From positions 1 to 44,174 of the IMG/VR virus record IMGVR_UViG_3300012683_000006: a stretch of DNA of 44,174 bases; one strand, given 5' to 3'. Positions 1-9,015 of this stretch are shown in pieces. This DNA is from a virus. Numbering within the stretch: position 1 is the first letter of the stretch; each line of letters opens with the position of its first letter. The notes under the pieces are model-generated. The model was given only the letters and a program-made list of their open reading frames with translations. It did not search any database and was not told the DNA's origin. Both the position numbers and the translations under genes were made by a program.

Positions 1-123
1 ACGATGTGATCGGCGACGGCATCAAAGTGAGGATGCGCTGGATCGGCGGCGAAAGCCGCGACTTCCTTGTCAATCCCACTCCGCTTCTCAGCGATTTGAG
101 ACTGCATGAAACCTTTGAGGTTC
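1..123. repeat. Terminal direct repeat, copy 1 (identical to 44052-44174); assembly overlap of a circular or circularly permuted genome
   Basis: nt 1-123 (acgatgtgatcggcgacggc...acctttgaggttc) recur exactly at the 3' end. The repeat lies inside an open reading frame, so it is not a physical genome end. Confidence 0.95.
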
Positions 124-707
124 GATTCGAGCCCGTCATATTTCTTGCGGAGCTCGAGTTCGGTAGCGGTGGGCTGGGGAGCGTTTGGGTCGCCCGCGCC
201 GACCGCAATAGTGCGAGGGTCGATGCCGTAGTTCTGGCAGATCTGGGCGAGCATTGCCGCCTTCTGTTCGGGCGTGCCCTGCGACAGGGCCCAGTCCGCA
301 TTCATCAGCGCCCGGACGGCCTCGGCGGGGTGCATCCCGAGTGCGGTGATTCGGGGCATGTAGGGCTGGAGGACTTCGTGGAACTGGGCATAGGCTTGGT
401 GCCCCTGCTTGTACTGCTCCAGCCCGTTGAGATAGTCCTTCTCGCGGGTGTTGGTCACATAGTCTTGGAGCTCGCGGGGCATCTTATCCCAGTGGGAGGC
501 GAGATCGGCCTTCCAGGACTTCGGATAGCCAATGGGCTCCAGCGCGCCCGGGACCGCGGGCTTGGCGAGGGAGGTCACAGCCGGAACAGCGGCTGGAGTC
601 GTCTTGTCCTCGACTGGGGCGGCGGTCTCAGACCCGGGCGCCACATCATCAATGAAGTCATCCACCGTCTTGTCAATGTCTAGATCGAGGTCGCTGTCGG
701 CGGCCAT
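1..707 (-). CDS. Scaffolding protein, 5' portion (gene wraps the contig junction and continues at 44051-43775; 984 nt, 327 aa in total)
   Basis: ATG at 707 is preceded by AAGGAG-N6. The minus frame stays open to nt 1 and joins in frame through the terminal repeat. Acidic N-terminus (MAADSDLDLDIDK...), helical Ala/Gln/Lys-rich body, immediately upstream of the capsid gene. Confidence 0.6.
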   Translation of the reverse strand, partial: MAADSDLDLDIDKTVDDFIDDVAPGSETAAPVEDKTTPAAVPAVTSLAKPAVPGALEPIGYPKSWKADLASHWDKMPRELQDYVTNTREKDYLNGLEQYKQGHQAYAQFHEVLQPYMPRITALGMHPAEAVRALMNADWALSQGTPEQKAAMLAQICQNYGIDPRTIAVGAGDPNAPQPTATELELRKKYDGLESNLKGFMQSQIAEKRSGIDKEVAAFAADPAHPHFDAVADHI

Positions 708-708
708 A

Positions 709-1134
709 TCACACTCCTTGAGGGGTTGATCGGGTTACAACACAGTCTGCGCCGGACAGGACTTCCTGCTCCAGCAGCTCTTTCTTTCGGGCCGGAAGCG
801 TGGAGAACTCCCTCTCCACACTCTCGTCGATCCTTCGCTCCAGGGCGGCGGTCTCCTGCGCCCGCGCCCGTTCGTGGTATTCCTTCTCCCCGTCCTCATA
901 AGGACGACAGTTGGACTGTCGAAGATCCTCGTGGCGGGCCCGCCTTCCTTCGATCCATCGCCCCGTTGTCGGGCTCTCATAACCTGGGAGGTCGCCTCGG
1001 ACCATCGGCGGGAGGATGACCTTCGCCCCGATGCCCGCGCAGGTGTGGATGACAGTCTGGCGGTAGAGGGCGAGGGGCATGAACCGCTCGAACCGAACGC
1101 CACAGCCCCTGCAATCATACGTATAAACCGGCAC
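709..1134 (-). CDS. Zinc-ribbon-like protein (FmdB-type N-terminal CxxC knuckle), 141 aa
   Basis: N-terminus MPVYTYDCRGCGVRFERF. C-terminal charged helical region. Its stop abuts the scaffold start. Confidence 0.55.
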   Translation of the reverse strand: MPVYTYDCRGCGVRFERFMPLALYRQTVIHTCAGIGAKVILPPMVRGDLPGYESPTTGRWIEGRRARHEDLRQSNCRPYEDGEKEYHERARAQETAALERRIDESVEREFSTLPARKKELLEQEVLSGADCVVTRSTPQGV

Positions 1135-1573
1135 GATGGCGCCTCCTTTTTCTAGACTTAATTCTGCTTATAGTGGAGGGATTAACTCCATAAAGCCGAG
1201 CTATACTCGAATTCGTTCCAGCAGAGCTACGAATTTTATCAACTTGATCATCCGATAGGACTGCTAATTTATGGGTTTCTCCGTGCTGCTGTCGTCCCTT
1301 CGAGACCATATCAGCGCTGTTATCTGCTTTCGTACCCAAATATAGGTGCTCTATATTCACACAGCGTCTGTTATCGCATTTATGCAGCACACAAAGATCT
1401 CCGTTTAGGATAACCCCTTTAAGGAGTTCATAAAGAAGTCTGTGGACTTGCCTTGGCTTACCTCCAACATTAAGCTGACCATATCCAGCAGGCGTAACCG
1501 GGCGAGTCCACTCAAGACAACCATGTGCTGTTGGCTGTGTATGAAGTAAGATTCTTTCGAGAAGTGCTAGCAT
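1115..1573 (-). CDS. HNH homing endonuclease with C-terminal HTH, 152 aa
   Basis: CLEWTR...GYGQL...VHRLLYE...CVLHKCDNRRCVNIEHLYLGT is an HNH_3-type signature. The tail LYGVNPSTISRIKS is HTH-like. The gene is visibly AT-richer than its flanks and overlaps the next gene by 20 nt. Confidence 0.8.
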   Translation of the reverse strand: MLALLERILLHTQPTAHGCLEWTRPVTPAGYGQLNVGGKPRQVHRLLYELLKGVILNGDLCVLHKCDNRRCVNIEHLYLGTKADNSADMVSKGRQQHGETHKLAVLSDDQVDKIRSSAGTNSSIARLYGVNPSTISRIKSRKRRRHRAGLYV

Positions 1574-1574
1574 C

Positions 1575-2603
1575 TTAGCTCAATAGCAAAAGGTCGTCGT
1601 CCTCATCGTCGGGCGCAGGCTTGAGCGCGACGAGAGGAGTAGCGACGGAAGGGAGAGGGGAGGGCAATCGGGCCGAAAGGGCCTCGCGGACTGGTGCCAT
1701 GTTGACTGGCGGGCCAGCCGATGCGGCGTCGGGTACGGGTTCGCCAGTCTTTTCCAGTTCAACAAAGGACTCCCCGATACGGTCGATGAAGGAGCGGGGC
1801 TTGCGCTTGTCGCCCTTCTCATATACAACCCTGCGGCGCGGGTGGACAGCGCTCGACCCGCCAAGGCCAGTGTCGGCTGGCGGCAGGATAACGTCGGGGC
1901 CGGGTGGAAGGGGCGGGCTGGTGAAGTCACTCTGAAGGGCAGACTGCAGGGTCCGCGCCAGAAGGATATCTGTAGCCTGGAACGGGAAGAACTGCGGGTC
2001 GAACGCAACGACGACGACGGGCGCAGGATCAACGATCCAAAGGCTCTGCAGGGTGTGTGGGATACTGCGGACGGAGAGCTGGCCCTCGAAGAGCCACTGC
2101 AGCCCCTCCGGCTTGTACAGTGCGGCGAATGGAGGCTGGACGAAGTCTCCAAGCTTCCGGAGTTCGGCGAGCGTGTGGGGGGCTGGGCCCTGAGGTATCC
2201 ACTCCAGATGCTGCGGATCGAATGCGGGCGCAGCGAACTGGAGCGGCTCGACAGAGAGATCAAGGACGCCCCGTTGGAGTCCTCGCCCGACATATCCCGC
2301 CGATGGTGTCCAGCCAAGCTGCTCAGGTTTGTACAGCGCTTGGAACGGAGGCTGCTGGAAGTCGCCAAGCTTGCGAACCTCAGGGTAGAGGGGCCAGCGG
2401 CCCGACGGGAGCCAATGCAGGCCGTTGGGGTTGTATAACTCGTAGAACGGCGGGTAGACGAACTGGGCAGGGGAGCGCCGTTCGAGCGGACGGGCGGGCT
2501 CCCCGCGTGGAAGCCATGCAAGAGCTGCCGCAACCGGCTCCCTCCAGACTGGGCCGGTAAGCGGTTGGTAATGGATGAGTCCGCGGTCAGCCACATTTAC
2601 CAA
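1575..2603 (-). CDS. Pro/Trp-rich repeat protein with acidic C-terminal tail, 342 aa (TTG start)
   Basis: Internal repeats of type LY(K/N)PxxLxW(L/I/T)PxG and ELRKLGDF(Q/V)QPPFxALYKPE occur twice. Ends in PAPDDEDDDLLLLS. Confidence 0.55.
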   Translation of the reverse strand: MVNVADRGLIHYQPLTGPVWREPVAAALAWLPRGEPARPLERRSPAQFVYPPFYELYNPNGLHWLPSGRWPLYPEVRKLGDFQQPPFQALYKPEQLGWTPSAGYVGRGLQRGVLDLSVEPLQFAAPAFDPQHLEWIPQGPAPHTLAELRKLGDFVQPPFAALYKPEGLQWLFEGQLSVRSIPHTLQSLWIVDPAPVVVVAFDPQFFPFQATDILLARTLQSALQSDFTSPPLPPGPDVILPPADTGLGGSSAVHPRRRVVYEKGDKRKPRSFIDRIGESFVELEKTGEPVPDAASAGPPVNMAPVREALSARLPSPLPSVATPLVALKPAPDDEDDDLLLLS

Positions 2604-2815
2604 TGACCTTCATCAACGAGTTTCTGGTATGGACGGCATTCCCAGCACTCTGCGCTGCCGCAATGCGGGCCGTTGCACTTCATACAGTATCCCCTCGTCC
2701 GGCCCGATCCAGGGACGACGTGCCAATGGAACCCACAGTGAACACACTGAAGCGTGTCCATCTCGATAACCCCGACATCGGGGTCATCTATTCGGGCGTA
2801 GCCAGCAGGCTGCAC
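2597..2815 (-). CDS. Cys-rich zinc-finger protein, 72 aa
   Basis: CVHCGFHWH...CMKCNGPHCGSAECWEC (8 Cys). ATGA-type coupling with the neighbouring genes. Confidence 0.55.
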   Translation of the reverse strand: MQPAGYARIDDPDVGVIEMDTLQCVHCGFHWHVVPGSGRTRGYCMKCNGPHCGSAECWECRPYQKLVDEGHW

Positions 2816-3258
2816 TATTCATCCCAAGCGATGGTTACATTTATATTCGGCGTTGCGCCCGAGGCGATGCTTCGCAGCCCGAGGCCGTTCGCCGTGCCGA
2901 CAGCGGACTTGATCTCGCGTCCGGGATTGGCGTTCCAGGTGTAGGTTGCACGCTGGTTGAGCGCGATTTCGAGCTCCCCGTTCGTTTCGTAGGTAGGCTC
3001 CGTCATGGTGCCCTGAAGGGCAGTGCACAGCCCGCTTGTGCCGCCCGGATCGGCAGGTTTCGTGACCAATGCCGTGCCGCCAGTCGCAGCGACAGTGTGG
3101 CGCAGGAGCTGAAACTTCGTTGCGATGTCGGCGGGCGCCGCGTCCGAGGCGATAATGAGCTGATGGACCGAGGGGCGGGCGGAGGCGATTGCTGCGACGA
3201 GCGCGATTGTAAGGTTCGTCCCCGCCGCTGTTCTTCCTACTACATACATTGCTGGCAT
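2815..3258 (-). CDS. Hypothetical beta-rich protein, 147 aa (virion-associated?)
   Basis: AAAGGAG RBS upstream of the ATG. Ala/Thr/Gly-rich with alternating beta-strand-like pattern. Sits in the late operon. Confidence 0.55.
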   Translation of the reverse strand: MPAMYVVGRTAAGTNLTIALVAAIASARPSVHQLIIASDAAPADIATKFQLLRHTVAATGGTALVTKPADPGGTSGLCTALQGTMTEPTYETNGELEIALNQRATYTWNANPGREIKSAVGTANGLGLRSIASGATPNINVTIAWDE

Positions 3259-3270
3259 TGCAATACTCCT

Positions 3271-4179
3271 TTAAGTTGGCATTTCTTCAGGCGGCGTCAT
3301 TCCTGACGCGACTACTTGCGGCGGCAGAATTAAGGGATCGTTGCCGTGTTTCTCCATCGCGGACATCAAGGCGCCATCGAAGGCGACCACGACGGGCGGG
3401 CTGTAGGGCCACCAGTTCGAGGGCTGGAAGCGGGCCGAGCTTATGCCGCCGAGGCCCGGGCTACGGCCGGGATGAAAGGCGTTCGATCCAATGGCCCTCC
3501 CGGTCAGGAGGGCGGGCGATGTGATAGTTGCATCGTCGAACCCAAACAGGTTCGAGCTACCAATCGTCGTGAAGGCCCCCAACCCCGGGTCTCCGCTCGC
3601 TATCGGTACAGCGTCGTTGGTCGCATCGGCGCCGAAGATATAGTGGTTGTAAAGCACATACCCGCTGCCCGAGTCAGCGTAGATGTTGATGCGGTCCTTT
3701 GTGGCAGGAATCTCAGTCTTGAACTTGTAGCCGCTGCGCCACTGTCCACCCGCGCCGTCGGGGAAGAAGTTTGCGTCGGTAGAGAGGCCGCTCAGCACGA
3801 CGAAATTGGTGGCACCAGACCACCGGACAACTATCGGCGTCCCACCAGCATAGCTAGAATCAACCTCGTAGGCGACCGTGTTTCCCGAATCGTCAGATAC
3901 GCGATGGAGATGCTCGATCTCGTAGGAATTGGGCTCCGTATCAGAAAGCGCGGGGTCCCTGAAGACCAATGTCTCGATGATGGAGTCTCCGAACCCAAGC
4001 AGGTATGCGTATCCGTCATTGTTCGCGCCGTTACCGAAGGCATGGCCGCCAGTCGTGAGAAGCTGAGCCCGATTGACATTATTCTGCTTCCACATCCCGC
4101 CCTCACTGACCGGGTTCTCGGTCAGAGGGAAGGTTGTGCTGTAGATCGCCATGGCGAGGAGGCTAGCGAGAAGATTCAT
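3271..4179 (-). CDS. Hypothetical 302-aa protein with hydrophobic N-terminus, possibly a lectin/glucanase-like beta-sandwich
   Basis: MNLLASLLAMAIYSTTFPLTENPVSEGGMWKQ..., Gly/Asp/Ser-rich beta pattern. The fold assignment is only an impression. Confidence 0.5.
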   Translation of the reverse strand: MNLLASLLAMAIYSTTFPLTENPVSEGGMWKQNNVNRAQLLTTGGHAFGNGANNDGYAYLLGFGDSIIETLVFRDPALSDTEPNSYEIEHLHRVSDDSGNTVAYEVDSSYAGGTPIVVRWSGATNFVVLSGLSTDANFFPDGAGGQWRSGYKFKTEIPATKDRINIYADSGSGYVLYNHYIFGADATNDAVPIASGDPGLGAFTTIGSSNLFGFDDATITSPALLTGRAIGSNAFHPGRSPGLGGISSARFQPSNWWPYSPPVVVAFDGALMSAMEKHGNDPLILPPQVVASGMTPPEEMPT

Positions 4180-4182
4180 AGC

Positions 4183-4788
4183 TCATACCGTCGAATTGCC
4201 CCAGCTCACAACGCGGTATTCGTCCAACCTGAAGCCGTTGCCCGCGTTGGATACGCTCTGAGCGACAAAGAAATCGAGCGTGCTTGCCACTGTTGAATCG
4301 AAGCCAGTACCGACGGCGGGCGCCGTGTTCGGCATGATGATGGTATTGCTCAGGGTCGCCGAGTCGGCGCCCGCCGTCCCACCTTGCTGGATCATTTGCC
4401 CTGTATAGGTTCCGATACCCATAAGGGCTGAGAGGGTCCCATTCCCAACTGTGCGGCAGGATAGCTCGATATGGCCTCGAAGCGGGATGTTCGTGTGTGC
4501 GGTAGTCGTGAGTGTGATGGCGCCAGAGGTATAGGCAATAACCGCACCTACCATAACCTGGATTGTGAAGGTGTCCGGGCCGGTCACTCTGTTTGATATC
4601 GCAGCGAGGAAGTCCACCGTCAATAGCGATCCACGCTGGAAGAACCCGGGCGGAAGGGTAATGAAGCCCGACGAAGCCTCTGTAGCGGTCGCGCTTGTCA
4701 GCATGGACTTCGCGGTCGTATAGGTATTATACTGCGTCCCCGCAATCGGGATAGTTGCGATAAGTTGGCCCCAGCTCTGCGATGCCAT
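4183..4788 (-). CDS. Hypothetical beta-rich protein, 201 aa (virion-associated?)
   Basis: Thr/Ala/Gly-rich with no helices apparent. Located in the late operon between portal and scaffold. Confidence 0.55.
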   Translation of the reverse strand: MASQSWGQLIATIPIAGTQYNTYTTAKSMLTSATATEASSGFITLPPGFFQRGSLLTVDFLAAISNRVTGPDTFTIQVMVGAVIAYTSGAITLTTTAHTNIPLRGHIELSCRTVGNGTLSALMGIGTYTGQMIQQGGTAGADSATLSNTIIMPNTAPAVGTGFDSTVASTLDFFVAQSVSNAGNGFRLDEYRVVSWGNSTV

Positions 4789-4797
4789 GTCTGGTCC

Positions 4798-5067
4798 TTA
4801 AAAGGGGTAGTAAACCATCGTTGGGATGACGACGTAGGTCACACGCAGCCTGTCGCCTGGGTTCAGTCTGAACTGCCCTGCGAGCAGCCCGATCAGATCG
4901 AAGGTCACTCCATCGCGGGAGAACTCAATCGTCGTCACCGTTCCAACAGAGACTAAGACCTCGATCGGGAAGGTGTCAGTGTTCTGGAACGTGAAGGGGC
5001 TCCCGTTGACCGAGATGACCATACGCGGGCCGATAGTATAACGAGGATAGCCGATAGTTTCAACCAT
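4798..5067 (-). CDS. Small beta-rich protein, 89 aa
   Basis: The ATG overlaps the portal stop. Shares the theme G.V..I....G..VTF with the 76-aa protein at 7335-7565. Confidence 0.5.
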   Translation of the reverse strand: MVETIGYPRYTIGPRMVISVNGSPFTFQNTDTFPIEVLVSVGTVTTIEFSRDGVTFDLIGLLAGQFRLNPGDRLRVTYVVIPTMVYYPF

Positions 5068-7333
5068 TGGCTGGTTCCTCCGTCATCACCTTGTTACCCT
5101 TCGCGTCCTTGCCAAGGGTGCGCTTCTTCGGCGTCAGGGTAGCCTTTGTCAGGGCCACAACGGCGGCATGAAGATCTTTCAGGACACCCTCTGTCGATGC
5201 GGACGCCTTCGCGTGGGCGGTCTGGACATCCTTCGACGCCTTGTCCCGAACGCTCTGTTCGCTCGCGTGGGCCTTCATCTTGCCTTCGAGTTCCTTGACC
5301 AAGGCTTGGACCTTCCCCACGGCCCCGTCGAAGACCTGCTTGTGTTGGGACAGAGCGACCTTGTTCTCATTGCGCTGGGCCGTTGTCACGGCGCCCGACT
5401 GGATTCGGTGAATTTCCGTCTTGCTCTCGAGATGAGCCTCCCTGACCTTGAGGTCCGCGTCGCGGGCGTTGAGGTTCTGCTCCCGCTTCAGGAGCTCGTT
5501 CTGTTGCTGGAGGCCCTGGGAGTTAAGCTTCTCGGACGCGAGTTGGGCCTGGAGGGCTTGCTCACCCGACTTGTCCTGCGTCTGGGGCGCAGGCGGCTTC
5601 ATCTGGTTAATGATGTCCTCGATATCGGCGCCAAACTCATACTGGCGGGCCACGCCGAGGAGCATGGCCTTCGCGGCCTCGATCGGGAGGACGCCTTCCT
5701 GGACTAGCGGCCCGACACCGTTGAGGAATTGGCTCATCGCCGCCATCAGCTCGCCCATGTTCTTCTTGGCTTCGCTGGCGTCAGGATCGACCGTGGAGTT
5801 CGTCTCGATGTCGATTTTGTACTCTCGCTGGAGGTCGTTCTTCAGGAGGGCGAGAACGTCGGACCATTTCGGAGGCATTGGCGGGAGCTGCGGGGCGGGC
5901 TGGCCCGACTGCATGGCCTGCTGGGTCGCCATCTGGACCGCCTGCTGGGCTTGCATGGCCTGCTCATCCGTCAGATAGGGCAGCCCAGTCATCTTGGCCC
6001 AGGTTTCGGGCATAAAGCGGTTCACCGCGAGTTCGAGCATGATCCGGAGGCAGTCTCGGGCGTAGCGCTGGACCTCCTTCTGGGGATTCTTCATCCGGAC
6101 AGAGCCGAATTGGGCCTTGAGTTGTTGGGCGCCCAGCGTCTCCGACGCCTGGGTCGAACCTCGCATGATGTCCGCGAGGCCCATGATCTCATAGATTACC
6201 TGCTTGCAGGCTGTGCGCGCAACATAGAGCTGCTGGACGACCATCACCGCCTTCTCAATTGGCATGAGCCAGATATGCTTGTCCAGCCCGCCTTCCCGAG
6301 ACATCGTCGAAGGCTCGCCCGACGCCACAAGCTCCCCATCCTCCTTCTTGAGAGCCTCTTCGATACCTGAGACAGAGGAATCGTACACCCCACGGACCTT
6401 GAGCATGTCGATCAGCTTGTTTATCCGAACCGTGAGCCTGTTTAGCTCCTTCGCCTGGTTCTCATATTCGTTATAAGGAGCGGTGACGGCGAGGTTTGCG
6501 CTCTTGGCGATAAGGCGGAGGGGCTTCGGGATGGGGAAGAAGCCCGTCAGGCTGTAGGGGTCGTCACACTCCTTGAGGTAGTCTGCATAGCCTTGGGAGA
6601 CGAAGAGGAGCCTCCTCGAAGTCTTGTCCCAGATCTTCCAGACCTGGGCGACCTTGCGGGCGCCCTCGCGGGACACAGAATCCTTCGAGTCCTTGTCAAA
6701 GTCGCCCTCGGTGACATACTTGAGCTTCACGGCGATCTCGGGCGTGAACTCGTCGTCAGCGGCCTTGCGATCGAAATAGAGCTCAAAAGCGACCCACGGC
6801 ACATCCTTCCACTTCTTCGCGTAGCCGAAGGCGTAGCGGTTCCAGAGACAGGTCTCAGGATAGACACACTCCGAGACGAGCTGCTCCGTTGGCTCGCCGC
6901 CCGGGACTGGGACCTTCGCAGTCTTGCCATCGTAGCAGAACTCCATCAGCCCGCGCCCGGGCACGCAGGCGTCGAGGACGTTCTCCTTCATCGTGGTGTC
7001 GAAGTCGTCGTACTCTTCGGAGTTCGTGTCCATTAGAAAAGTGAGCATCCTCTCCGAGGCGGCGCTGGCAGCTTTGCCGAGAGGGTCGGCGTCTTTGAAA
7101 CGGCGCTGGACGACCGGGCGGGGCCTCGATCCATAGAGGGCGGGGAGCAAGATCTCCGTATTCGAGAAGAGGATATTGAACGGCGTCTCGTCCTTGAGCT
7201 CGCCTTCGTACATCTTCCAGAGGCGCTTGCCGTCCACACGATAGGGGTCCTCACGCTTGACGGCGGCGTCGATATCCCCAAGCCAACGCTTGACCTCAGC
7301 GGGCCGGGTTGTCGGGGCGTCGGGGTCGGCCAT
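5060..7333 (-). CDS. Portal protein, 757 aa, with long Gln/Ala/Lys-rich C-terminal extension
   Basis: Large ORF just downstream of TerL. N-terminal part (WKMYEGELKDETPFNILFSNTEILLPALYG...) resembles podovirus head-tail connector proteins. Confidence 0.8.
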   Translation of the reverse strand: MADPDAPTTRPAEVKRWLGDIDAAVKREDPYRVDGKRLWKMYEGELKDETPFNILFSNTEILLPALYGSRPRPVVQRRFKDADPLGKAASAASERMLTFLMDTNSEEYDDFDTTMKENVLDACVPGRGLMEFCYDGKTAKVPVPGGEPTEQLVSECVYPETCLWNRYAFGYAKKWKDVPWVAFELYFDRKAADDEFTPEIAVKLKYVTEGDFDKDSKDSVSREGARKVAQVWKIWDKTSRRLLFVSQGYADYLKECDDPYSLTGFFPIPKPLRLIAKSANLAVTAPYNEYENQAKELNRLTVRINKLIDMLKVRGVYDSSVSGIEEALKKEDGELVASGEPSTMSREGGLDKHIWLMPIEKAVMVVQQLYVARTACKQVIYEIMGLADIMRGSTQASETLGAQQLKAQFGSVRMKNPQKEVQRYARDCLRIMLELAVNRFMPETWAKMTGLPYLTDEQAMQAQQAVQMATQQAMQSGQPAPQLPPMPPKWSDVLALLKNDLQREYKIDIETNSTVDPDASEAKKNMGELMAAMSQFLNGVGPLVQEGVLPIEAAKAMLLGVARQYEFGADIEDIINQMKPPAPQTQDKSGEQALQAQLASEKLNSQGLQQQNELLKREQNLNARDADLKVREAHLESKTEIHRIQSGAVTTAQRNENKVALSQHKQVFDGAVGKVQALVKELEGKMKAHASEQSVRDKASKDVQTAHAKASASTEGVLKDLHAAVVALTKATLTPKKRTLGKDAKGNKVMTEEPANG

Positions 7334-7334
7334 G

Positions 7335-7565
7335 TTACTGGAGTCCGATGAGGAGGGTTGCAGTCGTGGCGGTCGCCCGAACGCGCTTCACACGAATGGG
7401 CAAGATCGTGCCAACTGGCGGCGCAGTGAAGGTCACCGTATCTCCCGACTCCATTATAACGGAGACATTCCCAGCCCCACCGACATAGATTCCAGCGTAC
7501 TGCTGATCGACGGTGTCGCTCGGAGTGATCGCGGTCCCGCCACCATATACATCTGCTAATTGCAT
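7335..7565 (-). CDS. Small conserved phage protein, 76 aa
   Basis: Internal ATG at 7565, one nt after the TerL stop. MQLADVYGGG...YVGGAGNVSV...GDTVTFTAPPVGTILPIRV. The longer 111-aa ORF would overlap TerL. Confidence 0.55.
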   Translation of the reverse strand: MQLADVYGGGTAITPSDTVDQQYAGIYVGGAGNVSVIMESGDTVTFTAPPVGTILPIRVKRVRATATTATLLIGLQ

Positions 7566-7566
7566 G

Positions 7567-9015
7567 TCAGATCCTCTCTGCTTCAGCGGCCCGCCGTCGG
7601 GCGCCAACGCGATCTCGGAGTTCGTTGAAGGTAAGCTGGCCTGGAAGCTTCGGGTAGAGGGAAGACTCATCGATGTTGGCCCGCTTGAGCAAGGGGCGGG
7701 ACATCACAGCATAGCGTGTCTCGTCGGCGGCATGGTCCTCACCCTCGGTGTCGATATCCTCGGGCTCGCCCTCGTCGTGCTGCTGGGTCGGGAGGGTCCG
7801 GATCGTGTCCTCGCAATTCTCACAGAAATAGAGCAGCGGGACGCCGTCCTCTCCGAGGAGGAGTTGGCGGAGTTGATCCCACCCGGAGAGGCGGCGGTTG
7901 TCGGCCTTGATGAAGGCGACTCGGCGGGCTGCCATTCGGGCCGCTTTGCTCGGCCCGCCATCCTCGATGAAGAGGGCGGGATCGGCCACGCCATATCCGA
8001 TGTGCTCGCCCTCCTCCCGGAGGACAATGCCTTCGGCGACGCTCTCCGCGGTCATCTTGAGTCCGACGTTGGGGCTGGCGGCGCCGTACCATTCCCTATA
8101 CTTGAAGAGGGCGTTAGGGGGCAGTCCCCACGACCCATCAGACAAGACGTACCAACCAACGCAGAACGGCTTCGCAGAGCCCCAATCAAACGATCTAAAG
8201 CGGCGGGCGATGTAGGGGATAGATTCCAGAACTGACACTGGCAGGACATGACGGCGTGGGTCGAAACAGTCGAAGAACGATCCAATGACGACATCCCAGT
8301 CTCCTTCGAGCCATGCCTTAACGAGTTGAGCGGAACCTTGTTGCTGCAAGCGGGCGACATAGAACGGGTCGCTCTTCATCAGGATCATGTTGTCCGTGAG
8401 CCTAGAGGGGATGAACACTCTCTCGATTTCCATGACGGTGCCGTCGAAGGGGTTCTTGAAGGCCTCCTTCAGTATCTTGTAGCCCCTTGGGGCTGGGTCG
8501 ATATAGCGGGCTTTGACCCAGTTATGCCCTGGCCCGCCCGGGTTCCCTGTAGCCACCATCTGCGGGATAACTCCCTCACCGCTCCGGAGGGTAGCGCGGA
8601 GTTTGTTAATAGGCTCCGGCGACGGAAAATTGGGGATTTCTTCGACTCCGAGAAATGTATACGAGTGACCAATGTACTCCTCAGCGTCGGAATCTCGCTC
8701 GAGGTAGCGAAAACGGAGGACGGCTCCGTTTGGCATGGTGAAGGTAGACTTCTGGTCATTGTACGCTCCACCAAGGGGGATGAAAAGGACCTTCGCCCGG
8801 GCGATCATATCCTCAAGTTGCTTCAGCCTGCGCCGGACGATGATACCCTTCGCCCGGGCGCCCCAGCGGTCACAATGCTGGAGCCACTTTCCCAGAACGG
8901 AGTCTGTCTTCCCCCCGCCCCGAGCCCCGCCGAAGAATATCTCCGCGATCGGGCACTCAAGGAAGTCGGTCTGGGGGCCGGGCTGCGGCTGCCAGATGAC
9001 TTCGGGCGGTTTCAC
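7567..9015 (-). CDS. terL: Terminase large subunit, 482 aa (GTG start)
   Basis: Walker A FGGARGGGKT, then GVEEIPNF and ATGNPGGPGHNWV. C-terminal nuclease-like acidic motifs (DWG..., EDHAADETRY). Confidence 0.9.
   Translation of the reverse strand: MKPPEVIWQPQPGPQTDFLECPIAEIFFGGARGGGKTDSVLGKWLQHCDRWGARAKGIIVRRRLKQLEDMIARAKVLFIPLGGAYNDQKSTFTMPNGAVLRFRYLERDSDAEEYIGHSYTFLGVEEIPNFPSPEPINKLRATLRSGEGVIPQMVATGNPGGPGHNWVKARYIDPAPRGYKILKEAFKNPFDGTVMEIERVFIPSRLTDNMILMKSDPFYVARLQQQGSAQLVKAWLEGDWDVVIGSFFDCFDPRRHVLPVSVLESIPYIARRFRSFDWGSAKPFCVGWYVLSDGSWGLPPNALFKYREWYGAASPNVGLKMTAESVAEGIVLREEGEHIGYGVADPALFIEDGGPSKAARMAARRVAFIKADNRRLSGWDQLRQLLLGEDGVPLLYFCENCEDTIRTLPTQQHDEGEPEDIDTEGEDHAADETRYAVMSRPLLKRANIDESSLYPKLPGQLTFNELRDRVGARRRAAEAERI

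Noticed and set aside
6-683. 225-aa plus-strand ORF at the left end.
   Set aside because: It is the antisense shadow of the scaffold gene in GC-rich DNA. Its Gly/Arg/Leu-rich sequence has no RBS, and the minus frame joins perfectly across the contig junction.
3346-4296. 316-aa plus-strand ORF, plus similar shadows at 5168-6370, 7513-9255, 15592-16314 (minus) and 23432-24370 (minus).
   Set aside because: They are antisense to genes with clear motifs or coupling. They have low-complexity Arg/Gly-rich translations and no RBS.
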